Source: Methanotrichaceae archaeon (GTDB lineage Archaea; Halobacteriota; Methanosarcinia; Methanotrichales; Methanotrichaceae). Taken from it: 64,000 bases of DNA. Both the position numbers and the translations under genes were made by a program. Below the pieces are notes generated by a model. The model was not told where the DNA came from, ran no database searches, and saw only the letters and a list, made by a program, of their open reading frames with translations. Below, piece by piece: positions 21,743 through 32,682 of the stretch (position 1 is the first letter of the stretch; each line of letters opens with the position of its first letter). The stretch lies in assembly GCA_963754945.1 (NCBI GenBank), contig CAVWIG010000018.1, positions 64,001 through 128,000 on the forward strand, written 5' to 3'.

Positions 21743-22149
21743 AATCTACCCCTCTGAAGATGTCTGGATGATTCCGTTGATTCGCCCTTGGTTTGCTCTA
21801 ACCGTCCCACTGTACCCAATGCAGGCGGTATAAAATAGGTTGTTCTCAATTCGGTTATTTTGCAGGACTTAGGTTATTTTGCGAGAATGGACCTACTTGC
21901 TTTCCAGCTCGGCCAGTCCCTCTAGCGGCAGCGCCTTTATGATGTCCGGATTCTTGGTGTAGCGGTGTGCTTGTGCCTTAATTCCTGGCCAGTGGCCGCG
22001 TATCCTTCGTATTGTATTTTTCGGCTATCGCTTCTAGTCCGTGAGATTAGATAACGCCTGGTGATACTTAAGTATTTTTGAGAGACATTTGAGCGATATC
22101 GGGTCAAGCAAGCAAGAACCATCCCTTGGACATGTAAATGGAAAATCGG

Positions 22150-22383
22150 TTAACGAAGAAATGTTCTCAACCAAGAGCCGGTAAGAACTGCAGTCCTTCG
22201 AGGAACCTCAACGTCAAACCCGCCAAGGCTGAACTTCATGGCCAGCAAGCCGCTATGGATCAACAGAGCCAGTATTATTAAAGCAACCTCTAGAAGGATG
22301 AGCACTGCTAAGAACGAAGCCCTCAGCCTGGGGTTCTGTATCATCTCCCATATGAGATCCCACAAAGTTCTTCCCACAACCAT
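22150..22383 (-). CDS. small membrane protein
   Basis: Single strong hydrophobic helix; GGAAG RBS. Confidence 0.45.
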   Translation of the reverse strand: MVVGRTLWDLIWEMIQNPRLRASFLAVLILLEVALIILALLIHSGLLAMKFSLGGFDVEVPRRTAVLTGSWLRTFLR

Positions 22384-22751
22384 CTCATCTTCCTGCCTGC
22401 CGGATCTGCAAGCATCTCAATTATGTCTCAGGCTGTTGATAAGCCGATGGTGGGCGCCTGGAGCGAAAGTAATACCAGCCTCGCAGCAAAGGAGATTTAG
22501 GTTAGAACATCTTTTTAGAGATACATAAAATGAACTAGTATTTTTGGGAAATTTGTCTGTATCTCTTTCGTCTTCGCGACGTTGTCTCTTGAAAACTCAT
22601 GAGATCTAGCGGTTTCTCTTCACCTCTTTTAGAATTCTTATATCTCTATTTTGATCTAATTCAACAACAGATAACTCATTAATTCTGTGACATTATTTGC
22701 AGGAATCTTAGAAGATGTAATAGAACTTTCCTGGAGATATAGTAGAATATT

Positions 22752-23000
22752 CTACTTCGCCGGCTCAGTCTTCCAATATGCATTATACCAAAACTTGTGG
22801 CCTTCTTTCTTCTGCCTCTCGTCATAGGCAACCCAGCCCCATTTTTTCAGAGCGCCTAAGTCCCTGACCAGTCGCCGCTCAGCCCTCACCCAATCGATAT
22901 AGCTTGAGATCTCAAGACCCATCGCCTTGGCTATCTCCTTTATAGATACGGCCTCTTCTCTGTTATCAGGAAGAACTGCCAGAACTTCTTCATGGTTCAT
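22752..23000 (-). CDS. small winged-HTH-like hypothetical protein
   Basis: SIKEIAKAMG...L..L.K.GWV pattern; GGAGA RBS. Confidence 0.6.
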   Translation of the reverse strand: MNHEEVLAVLPDNREEAVSIKEIAKAMGLEISSYIDWVRAERRLVRDLGALKKWGWVAYDERQKKEGHKFWYNAYWKTEPAK

Positions 23001-24418
23001 GGCATCTCTCTCCTATCTGCCCTGTGCAAGCGATAATCTCCCTCCAATCATCCTTAGTATTCCATGTCAATAAGCCGTATTTTAGTAAATATTGTTTAAG
23101 ATTCATATTTAAATTTTATTGATAAAAATGAGGAGATCCTAGCTAAGCTTGTTCTTAATTGTGGAGGGTTTGCCTGGACCATTCAGAAGAGGTGGTGGGG
23201 ATTGATGACGAGACCGATGGTCCAAGCGAGGTATGTCTGACTATAGTCATTCTCCTAACTTTTTACACCAATAAATTTCTCTACCCAAGATCTTGAGTAT
23301 CCATCTTTTCTTGCATGAAATATCTCTAGTGCACCATAACGCAAGTTTTAAATCTTATAAAAGGTCTAGAATATAGATCGTGGCAAGAAAAACAAAATTC
23401 TGTGTGAAACTGGAAGAGAAAGAACGAGAAGAGTTGAACCAGTACATCCGTCGTGGGAAGTCGTCTGCAAGGAGTTTAACTCGCGCAAGAATACTGCTCC
23501 TGGCCGACGAAGGGCAATCCGATGCGGAGATCATTGATGCATTGAAGGCGAGCAGAACGACAATAGTGAGGATAAGAAAGAGATATTTCGAGGGTGGCCT
23601 GGAATCTGCATTGAATGAAAGATCTCGCAGTGGAGCGCCTCCGAAGATAGATGCACGAGTTGAGGCTAACTGACCGGCATTGCTTGCTCAGATCCGCCTG
23701 AAGGCAGATCGAGATGGACGCTGAATCTATTGGCCGACAAGCTTGTTGAGCTGGGGGAAGTGGACTCGATCTCAGGAATGAGCGTTTGCAGAGCGTTAAA
23801 AAAAATGAAATAAAGCCATGGCTCAAACAGCGATGGTGCATAGGGAGCATGACGAGCGAATATATCTGGAACATGGAAAATGTATTAACTCTGTACGAGC
23901 AACCATATGATCCGAGGCATCCTGTGGTTTGTTTCGACGAGAGGCCATGCCAACTGATAGGCGATGTCTTAGTGCCTATACCCATGAAACCAGGCAGTCC
24001 GAAGAAGGTGCATTATGAATACGTCCGTAACGGGACATGTTGCATCCTTATTGCTTTTGATCTTCATGCAGGAAAAAGAATGATTCGTGTCATGGAGCAC
24101 AGGACAAGGGTGGACTACGCCCATTTCATGAAAGAACTTACCCAGCAATATCCAGGTGTAGAATCCATTCGATTGGTCCAGGATAATCTCAATACGCATA
24201 CTTCAGGCTCATTTTATAATGCTTTTGCGCCTGAAGAGGCGTTTGAGCTGGCTAAGGAGTTCGAATATTATTATACGCCAAAGAAAGGTAGCTGGCTCAA
24301 CATGGCTGAGATAGAACTCTCAGCCCTATCGAAGCAATGCCTCGATCGTCGGATTGGAGACATCGATACTTTAACCAAAGAGGCTTCGGTGTGGGCACAA
24401 GAACGTAACGCAAAAAAA

Positions 24419-25689
24419 GGCAGTGTAACGATTTTTCTGTACTTTGATAATAAGAATGATTATCGGCCCTGTATCCTATCCAATCTTGAGAAAAGGAGGA
24501 CACAGGACCATGATACCCATAGCACTCTTGGAAGATTACCTTATCGATCAGGAAGATGGACTAAAGAAGCTTCTGACCTGGTTCTTGAACCTTGTAATGC
24601 AGCTAGAAGCGGCGCAACAGGCAGATGCAGAACCGTATCAGAGAGTCGAATCCCGAAAGGCACATAGGAATGGCTACAAGGAAAGATCTCTGAAGACGCG
24701 AGTTGGAGAGCTCCGACTCAAGAAACCTCAATTCCGTGAAATTTCCTTCGAAACCAAGGTGTTCGACAGATTTTCGCGCGTAGAGAAGGCTTTGGTCAAC
24801 GCTGTACTCGAATCGTATCTCCAGGGGGTTTCAACCAGGAGAATCCAAGATATTGTCTCTCGATTTGGCATCGAGAATTTATCTGCCTCTAGCGTTTCCA
24901 GGATATCCAAAGAGCTTGACGAGAAGGTAGAAGAATTCCTGAAGAAACCTATCGAACGTCCTATTCCTTATCTTTATGTAGATGCAAGCTACTTCAAAGT
25001 AAGAACAGAATCAAGATATGTTACCAAAGCTTTCATGATCGTCACAGGTGTTAGAGATGACGGTTATCGCGAGATACTTGGCGCAAGAATAGCTGACAGT
25101 GAAGATGAACTCTTCTGGTCGGGATTATTTCAAGATCTGGCGGATCGTGGGTTGTCCGGAGTAAAGCTCGTGATATCAGATGGTCATAAGGGAATCCAGA
25201 AAGCGGTTGAGAAATCATTTCTTGGTGCTTCATGGCAAATGTGTCACGTTCACTTTTCAAGAGCGGTCTTGAGAAACGTTGCCAAGAAGTATCATAAGGA
25301 GATCGCCGATAAGATCAAGATCGCTCTGGAAGACGAAATCAAGATACAGGACTTAGCGAAAGAATTGAGGGAAAGAGGTTATGCGAAATCTGCTGACACT
25401 ATCGACCGCTTCAGATTCAGTCTGTGGAATTACAGGGCATTCCCCAGAGGTCACTGGAGAAGGATTCGGACTACAAACGGGCTGGAGAGGATCAACAAGG
25501 AGCTGAAAAGAAGATCCAGGGTAGTCGGTGCCTTCCCAAGTGAGAGCTCGTTCATGAGGTTAGGGGTTTCGATCCTCATCGATATCAACGAAGAATGGCT
25601 GACCGCTAAAAAGTATTTATCTATGGATGCTGATTGAGTATGTTGGGATACAGGGCAACTCCAAATTACAGAAATCTCGGCACACTACC
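24419..25689 (+). mobile_element. IS256-family element copy 1
   Basis: Imperfect TIRs GG(C/T)AGTGT..TTTCTGTA; 8-bp TSD CAAAAAAA. Confidence 0.93.
24444..25637 (+). CDS. IS256 transposase
   Basis: RNGY, YLQGVSTR, ISDGHKG, CHVH, RTTNGLER. Confidence 0.95.
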   Translation: MIIRMIIGPVSYPILRKGGHRTMIPIALLEDYLIDQEDGLKKLLTWFLNLVMQLEAAQQADAEPYQRVESRKAHRNGYKERSLKTRVGELRLKKPQFREISFETKVFDRFSRVEKALVNAVLESYLQGVSTRRIQDIVSRFGIENLSASSVSRISKELDEKVEEFLKKPIERPIPYLYVDASYFKVRTESRYVTKAFMIVTGVRDDGYREILGARIADSEDELFWSGLFQDLADRGLSGVKLVISDGHKGIQKAVEKSFLGASWQMCHVHFSRAVLRNVAKKYHKEIADKIKIALEDEIKIQDLAKELRERGYAKSADTIDRFRFSLWNYRAFPRGHWRRIRTTNGLERINKELKRRSRVVGAFPSESSFMRLGVSILIDINEEWLTAKKYLSMDAD

Positions 25690-26950
25690 CAAAAAAAACT
25701 ACTGTAAGATGGAAATTCACGAAGAATGATGCAAGATTAAAGCTAAACAGGCATTATATTAATTTGCAAAATTAATGTTATGGTGCACTAGTGCACTTCT
25801 CTCGCTCATTTCGACAGATTCATCGAAATTCGTGAATTTAGATATGTACTTTTTAAAGTCTTCCAACCGAATTCAATAGGGTTCAAGTCCGGAGAATATG
25901 GTGTATTATAAATTAAGTGAATATCAATTTCCTGGGCTAATGCTCTAAATTTCTTTGCTATATGGATTTTAGCATTATCCAAGAGAATGCAGATTGGATT
26001 CATATGGTTATTTGATCTTAAACTTTGAAGAAATCGCATCAAGTCCTCAGTCTTAGATGACTCAGAGACCATAACTTCATCATTGCCGTTTAATGCCACG
26101 AATCCAAAGATGGTTTTCGATCTAACTTTTCCAGGCTGATAATTTATCACAGGTGTATTTATAACTCTGCGCTTATTTGGACATTGTTGCAAAGCGCTTT
26201 CATCAAGGAATCCAATGATAGGATCAGTAATCGTAGTTAGAACTGAATCAATCCTTTTTTTAAAAAGTTTTCTGCATCCTTCGGCCTTTTATTGTTCCTA
26301 ATATATGGTTTTCCATATTTGACTTTTTTATCAACTCTTAAGACTTTCCAAACTCGTTTATAGGATAATTCAACTCCCCGTGTATCTTTAACATACTTAA
26401 CTACATCCTTGATTGTCATCCCTTTACCTTCAAGTTCCTTAATGATCTCATCCCATTCTTCTGAAGATATCTTTGGCACTTTGCCACCGGTATTCTGTGG
26501 TATTAATCCTTCATAGCCCTTTTTATTCCATCTGCTTAGCCAATGTTCTATTGTTCTTTCACTTCGCTTCAAAATATTTGCTATTTCATATACATTTTTC
26601 CCTTCATATAATTGTATTATTGCAAGCAACCGTTCCTTAACTCTTGAATTATTTCCTTTTTTGTATAACTGATAGGGATCTTCTTTTGATATATGCCGCT
26701 CAATTACAGGTTTTCTTCCCATATACGCTAATCGTATTCAAAATATTAAAAAGTATCTATAGTGTGATATCGAAGAAGATTAACTATAATAATGTCATAG
26801 AACATTTTTGAGGATGCATGCACTTGCTCGGCGATTTGTTCACAATGGATTGTACAACGTGCAAAAAGATGCCTAAATCTTTTTCGGTAACTTTTTATTC
26901 CACAGACTTTAGGTACAAATCGACTAGCTCATCTGAAAGTGGTTGATTGT

Positions 26951-28221
26951 GGTAGTGTGCCGAGATTTCTGTAATTTGGAGTTGCCCTGTATCCCAACAT
27001 ACTCAATCAGCATCCATAGATAAATACTTTTTAGCGGTCAGCCATTCTTCGTTGATATCGATGAGGATCGAAACCCCTAACCTCATGAACGAGCTCTCAC
27101 TTGGGAAGGCACCGACTACCCTGGATCTTCTTTTCAGCTCCTTGTTGATCCTCTCCAGCCCGTTTGTAGTCCGAATCCTTCTCCAGTGACCTCTGGGGAA
27201 TGCCCTGTAATTCCACAGACTGAATCTGAAGCGGTCGATAGTGTCAGCAGATTTCGCATAACCTCTTTCCCTCAATTCTTTCGCTAAGTCCTGTATCTTG
27301 ATTTCGTCTTCCAGAGCGATCTTGATCTTATCGGCGATCTCCTTATGATACTTCTTGGCAACGTTTCTCAAGACCGCTCTTGAAAAGTGAACGTGACACA
27401 TTTGCCATGAAGCACCAAGAAATGATTTCTCAACCGCTTTCTGGATTCCCTTATGACCATCTGATATCACGAGCTTTACTCCGGACAACCCACGATCCGC
27501 CAGATCTTGAAATAATCCCGACCAGAAGAGTTCATCTTCACTGTCAGCTATTCTTGCGCCAAGTATCTCGCGATAACCGTCATCTCTAACACCTGTGACG
27601 ATCATGAAAGCTTTGGTAACATATCTTGATTCTGTTCTTACTTTGAAGTAGCTTGCATCTACATAAAGATAAGGAATAGGACGTTCGATAGGTTTCTTCA
27701 GGAATTCTTCTACCTTCTCGTCAAGCTCTTTGGATATCCTGGAAACGCTAGAGGCAGATAAATTCTCGATGCCAAATCGAGAGACAATATCTTGGATTCT
27801 CCTGGTTGAAACCCCCTGGAGATACGATTCGAGTACAGCGTTGACCAAAGCCTTCTCTACGCGCGAAAATCTGTCGAACACCTTGGTTTCGAAGGAAATT
27901 TCACGGAATTGAGGTTTCTTGAGTCGGAGCTCTCCAACTCGCGTCTTCAGAGATCTTTCCTTGTAGCCATTCCTATGTGCCTTTCGGGATTCGACTCTCT
28001 GATACGGTTCTGCATCTGCCTGTTGCGCCGCTTCTAGCTGCATTACAAGGTTCAAGAACCAGGTCAGAAGCTTCTTTAGTCCATCTTCCTGATCGATAAG
28101 GTAATCTTCCAAGAGTGCTATGGGTATCATGGTCCTGTGTCCTCCTTTTCTCAAGATTGGATAGGATACAGGGCCGATAATCATTCTTATTATCAAAGTA
28201 CAGAAAAATCGTTACACTGCC
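26951..28221 (-). mobile_element. IS256-family element copy 2 (inverted, identical protein, no TSD)
   Basis: Same TIRs and same 1271-bp length; flanks TTGATTGT / GACAGCAG differ. Confidence 0.93.
27003..28196 (-). CDS. IS256 transposase
   Basis: Identical translation to 24444-25637. Confidence 0.95.
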   Translation of the reverse strand: MIIRMIIGPVSYPILRKGGHRTMIPIALLEDYLIDQEDGLKKLLTWFLNLVMQLEAAQQADAEPYQRVESRKAHRNGYKERSLKTRVGELRLKKPQFREISFETKVFDRFSRVEKALVNAVLESYLQGVSTRRIQDIVSRFGIENLSASSVSRISKELDEKVEEFLKKPIERPIPYLYVDASYFKVRTESRYVTKAFMIVTGVRDDGYREILGARIADSEDELFWSGLFQDLADRGLSGVKLVISDGHKGIQKAVEKSFLGASWQMCHVHFSRAVLRNVAKKYHKEIADKIKIALEDEIKIQDLAKELRERGYAKSADTIDRFRFSLWNYRAFPRGHWRRIRTTNGLERINKELKRRSRVVGAFPSESSFMRLGVSILIDINEEWLTAKKYLSMDAD

Positions 28222-28255
28222 GACAGCAGCGGTTATTACATAGTCAAAAGAGTAT

Positions 28256-28555
28256 ATGCGATTAAAGGAGTGTTATGTGATGGATAAATTTCTGGGTGTA
28301 GTACAGGGTGGAAGGTTCTCAATTTTAATGCCCCGTCCACAATGTTGCACAGTCAAGCTGACCCGCATAGCCAAGCCGGCATCCATAGCTGAAGAGCTGG
28401 TGGCCTCGCACGAGATAAGTTTGGCTGAATACGAGGGCAGAGCCATCATGGTTAACGGAGTTCTCCCCGAGCATAAGGGGTGGCTCTATGAGGCCAATGT
28501 GATCGACCAGGCTAGTCCCATACTGACGGAAGTGGTGAAAGAACTCTTCAGATAG
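28256..28555 (+). CDS. hypothetical protein
   Basis: AAGGAG RBS before the internal start MDKFLG. Confidence 0.55.
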   Translation: MRLKECYVMDKFLGVVQGGRFSILMPRPQCCTVKLTRIAKPASIAEELVASHEISLAEYEGRAIMVNGVLPEHKGWLYEANVIDQASPILTEVVKELFR

Positions 28556-28782
28556 AGCGGAATGTTCTTGATAGGCGACACGATTTAGATGACAACATCA
28601 AGATCTTTTTTCTATGAAATGGACTAAGAATATTATTTCGTCCTTTAAACATGAACCTTTGAATTATGTGCCCTTATCCTAAATCCCATCAGATTTAAGA
28701 ATCTGCCATCTGTTGCCTAACTGGAATTGTGGGTAAGGATTAAAGCGACCAAGCCCGGAGCATTGAAGAAGCTTTAAGAACT

Positions 28783-29301
28783 TTGAAAGCCGAAAACCGA
28801 ATAATGCTGTCGGGTATTATTGTTAAGCCTCTTAAACGGTTCACAGATGAAAGGGGATTCTTTACAGAGATCATGAGAAACGATTGGACAGATGTATTTC
28901 AGGATGATGTATGCCAGGCAAACATGTCCATTAGCTATCCAGGCATAGTAAGGGCTTGGCATAAGCACGAAAGAGGCCAGATTGATCGCTTCTTGGTAAT
29001 TAATGGAGCATTGAAGATCTGCGCTTACGATGATGCGACCCAGGAGCTCGATGAAGTGGTTTCGGCCGGTGAGAACCCTCAGATCGTCAGGGTTCCTGGC
29101 CATTACTGGCACGGTTTCAAGGTAGTAGGGAACGAGCCTGCCGCGCTGGTCTACTTCGCGAACAAGCTTTACGATTACGAGGACTCTGACGAGATCAGAA
29201 GGCCGTGGAACGATCCGTCGGTGGTTCCTATGACGATAAACGGCAAAACTGATGAGCGTTGTAGCAGGCAATGGGATTGGTTCTACCCCGCTTTCAAGTA
29301 G
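28783..29301 (+). CDS. dTDP-4-dehydrorhamnose 3,5-epimerase family (RmlC cupin)
   Basis: DERGFFTE, RAWHKH, WHGFK, WNDP. Confidence 0.88.
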   Translation: MKAENRIMLSGIIVKPLKRFTDERGFFTEIMRNDWTDVFQDDVCQANMSISYPGIVRAWHKHERGQIDRFLVINGALKICAYDDATQELDEVVSAGENPQIVRVPGHYWHGFKVVGNEPAALVYFANKLYDYEDSDEIRRPWNDPSVVPMTINGKTDERCSRQWDWFYPAFK

Positions 29302-29694
29302 ATGACCTTTGCAGACCCAACAAGCGCAACATAATCAGTTCTGCCTGGCCTTCACTGCGATCTTCGCGGTTTTTGCAGACCCGGGATTTTCCTAACACAC
29401 TCTACTAGCGTGGCAATGAAAAAGCTTCGCTAGTACTTTGGAAATGTTTCGGATTTACCAAGCTAGTCCTCACTTTAGCGACGCTTGCTGTATCGCAGCG
29501 GTAATGACCTCAGGCCCTACCCTCTACGACCGATATGGTCATTTACATAATATTCCTATCAGAAATCGTATTGCATCAAAGTACCCAGAATGATCGGCCA
29601 GAATAGGCACTTTTCATTAAGCTGAATATTTTAATTATCTGGCATCCGCTAATCGAATTCAAAAATAAAAGAAAAGGTTGGTAAGCCTTGCGGC

Positions 29695-31374
29695 TTACAC
29701 TGCGGGCATGACCAAATTCCTGTCGCCTGCAGCGCGGAACTCGCGTGCACCGCCCTTGCCGTAGCAGGCGCGGACATCGGCAAAGTCGAAGACCAAGCCG
29801 GGGTTGGCGAAAGTGACTTTGATCAACGGGTTGCATGCGAAGGCGTCCATGCGGCCTGCGTGAGCAGCGCTGGATATGCCTGCGTATTCGCCCTGGTGAC
29901 CGACGTTCATGGCGTAGTTCGGATAGTTTGCGCCCCTCAGCTCAGTGGGGTTGCCCTCATCTGACTGGTAGGAGAACACGTTGGTTGGACCGCACTGATC
30001 TTGCAGGTCGTATCCGAAGAAGCCCAATCTGCCCCAGGCTTCCTTGTGCAGGAGCATGGACAGATACCAGCCTGCCAGACCGATCTGGCTGTGGCCAGTT
30101 GCGATGGCTGCGCCGATACCGGACGCGGCTGCCATGACGGACGCCCTCTGAGATCCACCGAAGTGGTCCTCAAGCAGGGTCGGGAAGGACTCATACTGCT
30201 CTGCACTGTACAGTGTGGACTCAGTTGCGATATCCTTGGCGACATCCAGAGTGGCTGGTGCCTTGGCGAATCCGCCGTACTTGTCGTTTGCGTAGTCGAC
30301 TGTGTAGTAGCAGAAGTCGTCCAGAACGTCGTTGGTGTAGGCTGCAGTGGCGTACTGCGTGAATCCGACACCGCCGGACATGTAGCTTCCGAGCCAGATC
30401 TGGTCGTAGAGCATAGCGCCAGCGGCGACTACGTTCAGGGCAACCTTCACTGGGTCAGCGGCTGCTACCCTGGAAGTCTGGACCATGTCGGCCAGGAATC
30501 CGAAGGACAATCCGCCGGGGTTGTTGGGTCCGCGGGCCCTTCTGGCGGGCAGCATCTCTGACATCTGCAGGACTGCGGCGTGCTTGGCTGCGTAGGCCAG
30601 GTCAGCCACAGCGGCCTCACCGGCGCACATGTTGTAGGCGTCGATGAAGGTCATACATAGCTGCATAGCGCTCCACCTTGATGTGGTTCCGCCGTCGCAG
30701 GATCTGACTACGATGGTTGGGATGTGGATGGCCTGCCAGGTAGTCTTACCGATGGCTGCCTTGATCTCCTCAGCCTGATCGGCCGGGAAGAGCTTGTTGA
30801 TATCGACCACGTACTGGGGGTCAATCTCATCAACCAGGTTGTCGTCGCCGGAGAAGATACGGACGTTACAGTCGTCGACTAAGCCGGGGTGGGTCTCAAC
30901 CATGTGCTCCTGAACCACGGCTGCGCCGGGCATGGCGTGGTTGAGGATCTCCAGGTAGTTGTTGATGGTCTCTGGGGTGACTTCCTTGCCGAGACGCTTC
31001 TCCAACACCTCGTGGGCCATATCCAGACCAACGATAATGGTCCTGCGGATGTCGTCCCACTGCTGCTGCATAGCTGGGTTGTTGACGAAGTGCAGGTCGT
31101 CGCCCTCTACTACATACTCAGTTCCGGAGAGCTTGTAGGGGACGAGCTGCCTCTGGCCCAGGGGTATTCCGCCAGCGTGAACGTAGGGGTTGTAGCCAGT
31201 CATGCCACGCTTGCCCTCGAGCTTCTTGGCGTACTCCATGAATTCTCTCTTACGGGCGCTCTGCTCGGGTCCAAGCCTCTTGTACTCGACCTTCTGGCCT
31301 GAAAGATCGAAATCCTTTCCGAACTTCTTGTTAAGAGCCTTTATGAATAGCTTTTTGCTGTGCATCTTTGCCAT
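29695..31374 (-). CDS. mcrA: methyl-coenzyme M reductase alpha subunit
   Basis: [51 protein letters not shown]. Confidence 0.99.
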   Translation of the reverse strand: MAKMHSKKLFIKALNKKFGKDFDLSGQKVEYKRLGPEQSARKREFMEYAKKLEGKRGMTGYNPYVHAGGIPLGQRQLVPYKLSGTEYVVEGDDLHFVNNPAMQQQWDDIRRTIIVGLDMAHEVLEKRLGKEVTPETINNYLEILNHAMPGAAVVQEHMVETHPGLVDDCNVRIFSGDDNLVDEIDPQYVVDINKLFPADQAEEIKAAIGKTTWQAIHIPTIVVRSCDGGTTSRWSAMQLCMTFIDAYNMCAGEAAVADLAYAAKHAAVLQMSEMLPARRARGPNNPGGLSFGFLADMVQTSRVAAADPVKVALNVVAAGAMLYDQIWLGSYMSGGVGFTQYATAAYTNDVLDDFCYYTVDYANDKYGGFAKAPATLDVAKDIATESTLYSAEQYESFPTLLEDHFGGSQRASVMAAASGIGAAIATGHSQIGLAGWYLSMLLHKEAWGRLGFFGYDLQDQCGPTNVFSYQSDEGNPTELRGANYPNYAMNVGHQGEYAGISSAAHAGRMDAFACNPLIKVTFANPGLVFDFADVRACYGKGGAREFRAAGDRNLVMPAV

Positions 31375-31390
31375 TTGTATCACCCACCTT

Positions 31391-32158
31391 TTACTCTGGC
31401 CTGAAGCCCCACTTGCTTCTTAGCGTCCACATGTGGTGCAGAGCCTCGATGGCCTCGTCGTTCTTCCTTGCGCCGACTTTTCCGCCGACGGCTACGCCGT
31501 CGAACCTGAAGATGGTGGTCCTCTTCTTGGCCTCAGCCTCGCTCATGGGCTTGCCCAGGCTGGCCTTCTTGTCGAGGGGAATACCGACCTGGTCCTTGAC
31601 CTGGTAAACGTTCCCGTCCTTGCCCATCTCAGTCCTGGATAGCATATCGAACATCATGCCGTTCTCTTCGAGCCTCAGGGAGTGGCCGTGCACTGTGCAG
31701 CCTCTCATGCCGGCTAGAGCGGGATCGAACATCTCGCTGTCCATGATGGTCTTGGTGTACTTCTCGATATCCCTCTCCCTGGCCTCGATGATCTGCCTTC
31801 CGGACAGGGTGCCCGGGTCGCAGCCCTTGCAGTTGATTGCTCCCCAGTAGGATCTCCAGTATGGGATTGATGGCGAGAAGTAGTACGAATCAGCAAACTG
31901 GGAGTACCTGACACGGTCTCCGGCTGCTGCGCCAGCGGTTGGTGCTACGATCTGCCTTATGGGGCAGTCGGGCTCGCCCATCTCCTTTAGGGGTGGATGG
32001 GTGCTTCCATAATCGGCACCTGGGGCCCTGTGGCCCATGGCGGCTACAACGTCAGCCTCGGGGATATCCCTGAGCTTATCGACATTGCCGGACATGTGCT
32101 TCCTTCTGTTGATTCCAACAGAGGTGCTTCCGGGATAGAATTGTGGTGTGTAAGCCAT
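31391..32158 (-). CDS. mcrG: methyl-coenzyme M reductase gamma subunit
   Basis: [30 protein letters not shown]. Confidence 0.99.
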   Translation of the reverse strand: MAYTPQFYPGSTSVGINRRKHMSGNVDKLRDIPEADVVAAMGHRAPGADYGSTHPPLKEMGEPDCPIRQIVAPTAGAAAGDRVRYSQFADSYYFSPSIPYWRSYWGAINCKGCDPGTLSGRQIIEARERDIEKYTKTIMDSEMFDPALAGMRGCTVHGHSLRLEENGMMFDMLSRTEMGKDGNVYQVKDQVGIPLDKKASLGKPMSEAEAKKRTTIFRFDGVAVGGKVGARKNDEAIEALHHMWTLRSKWGFRPE

Positions 32159-32161
32159 ATT

Positions 32162-32668
32162 TTATCTCTCCTCATCTTCTTTAAAGGTCACCATATCTTC
32201 AGACAGTATGGCCAGTTTGTCTTTCTTGGCTTTCGGGTCGATCAGTCCAAGGATGCGCTCGTCCTCGACCTTGCCATACTTGGCGTAGTCAGAGGTGGTC
32301 ATTCTATCGTGGAAGAACTTTCCTTGTCTGAACTGGAAGGAGAAGGGCAGCGCTCGCTCACACGCCGCTTTTAAACCGCCTAGGTATTCTTCGCTTTCCA
32401 TCTCAAGCCTGACCCTTCCAACCTTGACTCTAAGCTCAATCGCCTGACCTCCTATCTCCACAAGGAGGTCCCTGTTTGCTTCTATCGGTATGCCTTTTCC
32501 GGGACCATAAGGGACCTCTCGGGGCATATTGGGCCCGTGGATCATTATCCTCTTGATCCCGCCATTTTTGTATATCTCGCCTAGAAGGCGCTGAGCAGTC
32601 TCGGGCATTAGGAATCGGCTGGGGACTATCTCCACCTGGACTGAATCCGTGTCTGATTTAGTGACCAT
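32162..32668 (-). CDS. mcrD: MCR operon protein D
   Basis: VEIVPSRFL, HGPNMP..VPYGP.KG, DYAKYG. Confidence 0.96.
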   Translation of the reverse strand: MVTKSDTDSVQVEIVPSRFLMPETAQRLLGEIYKNGGIKRIMIHGPNMPREVPYGPGKGIPIEANRDLLVEIGGQAIELRVKVGRVRLEMESEEYLGGLKAACERALPFSFQFRQGKFFHDRMTTSDYAKYGKVEDERILGLIDPKAKKDKLAILSEDMVTFKEDEER

Positions 32669-32682
32669 GCATTCAGCCTGTT

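Larger units (their letters stand above)
23329..25788 (+). mobile_element. inner IS630-family element, interrupted by IS256
   Basis: TIRs GTGCACCATAAC/GTTATGGTGCAC flanked by TA; HTH ORF, A8 slippery site, FDE, DNLNTH, SWLNMAEIE. Confidence 0.9.
23242..26761 (-). mobile_element. outer IS630-family element, interrupted
   Basis: ORFs 26237-26722 (HTH) and 25806-26192 (LDNA..H, YSPDLNPIE); reading frame resumes at 23327 (..SALEIFHARKDGYSRSWVEKF); TATAG ends. Confidence 0.8.

Noticed and set aside
23786-24667. 293-aa ORF as an intact transposase
   Set aside because: Its tail is out-of-frame read-through into the inserted IS256
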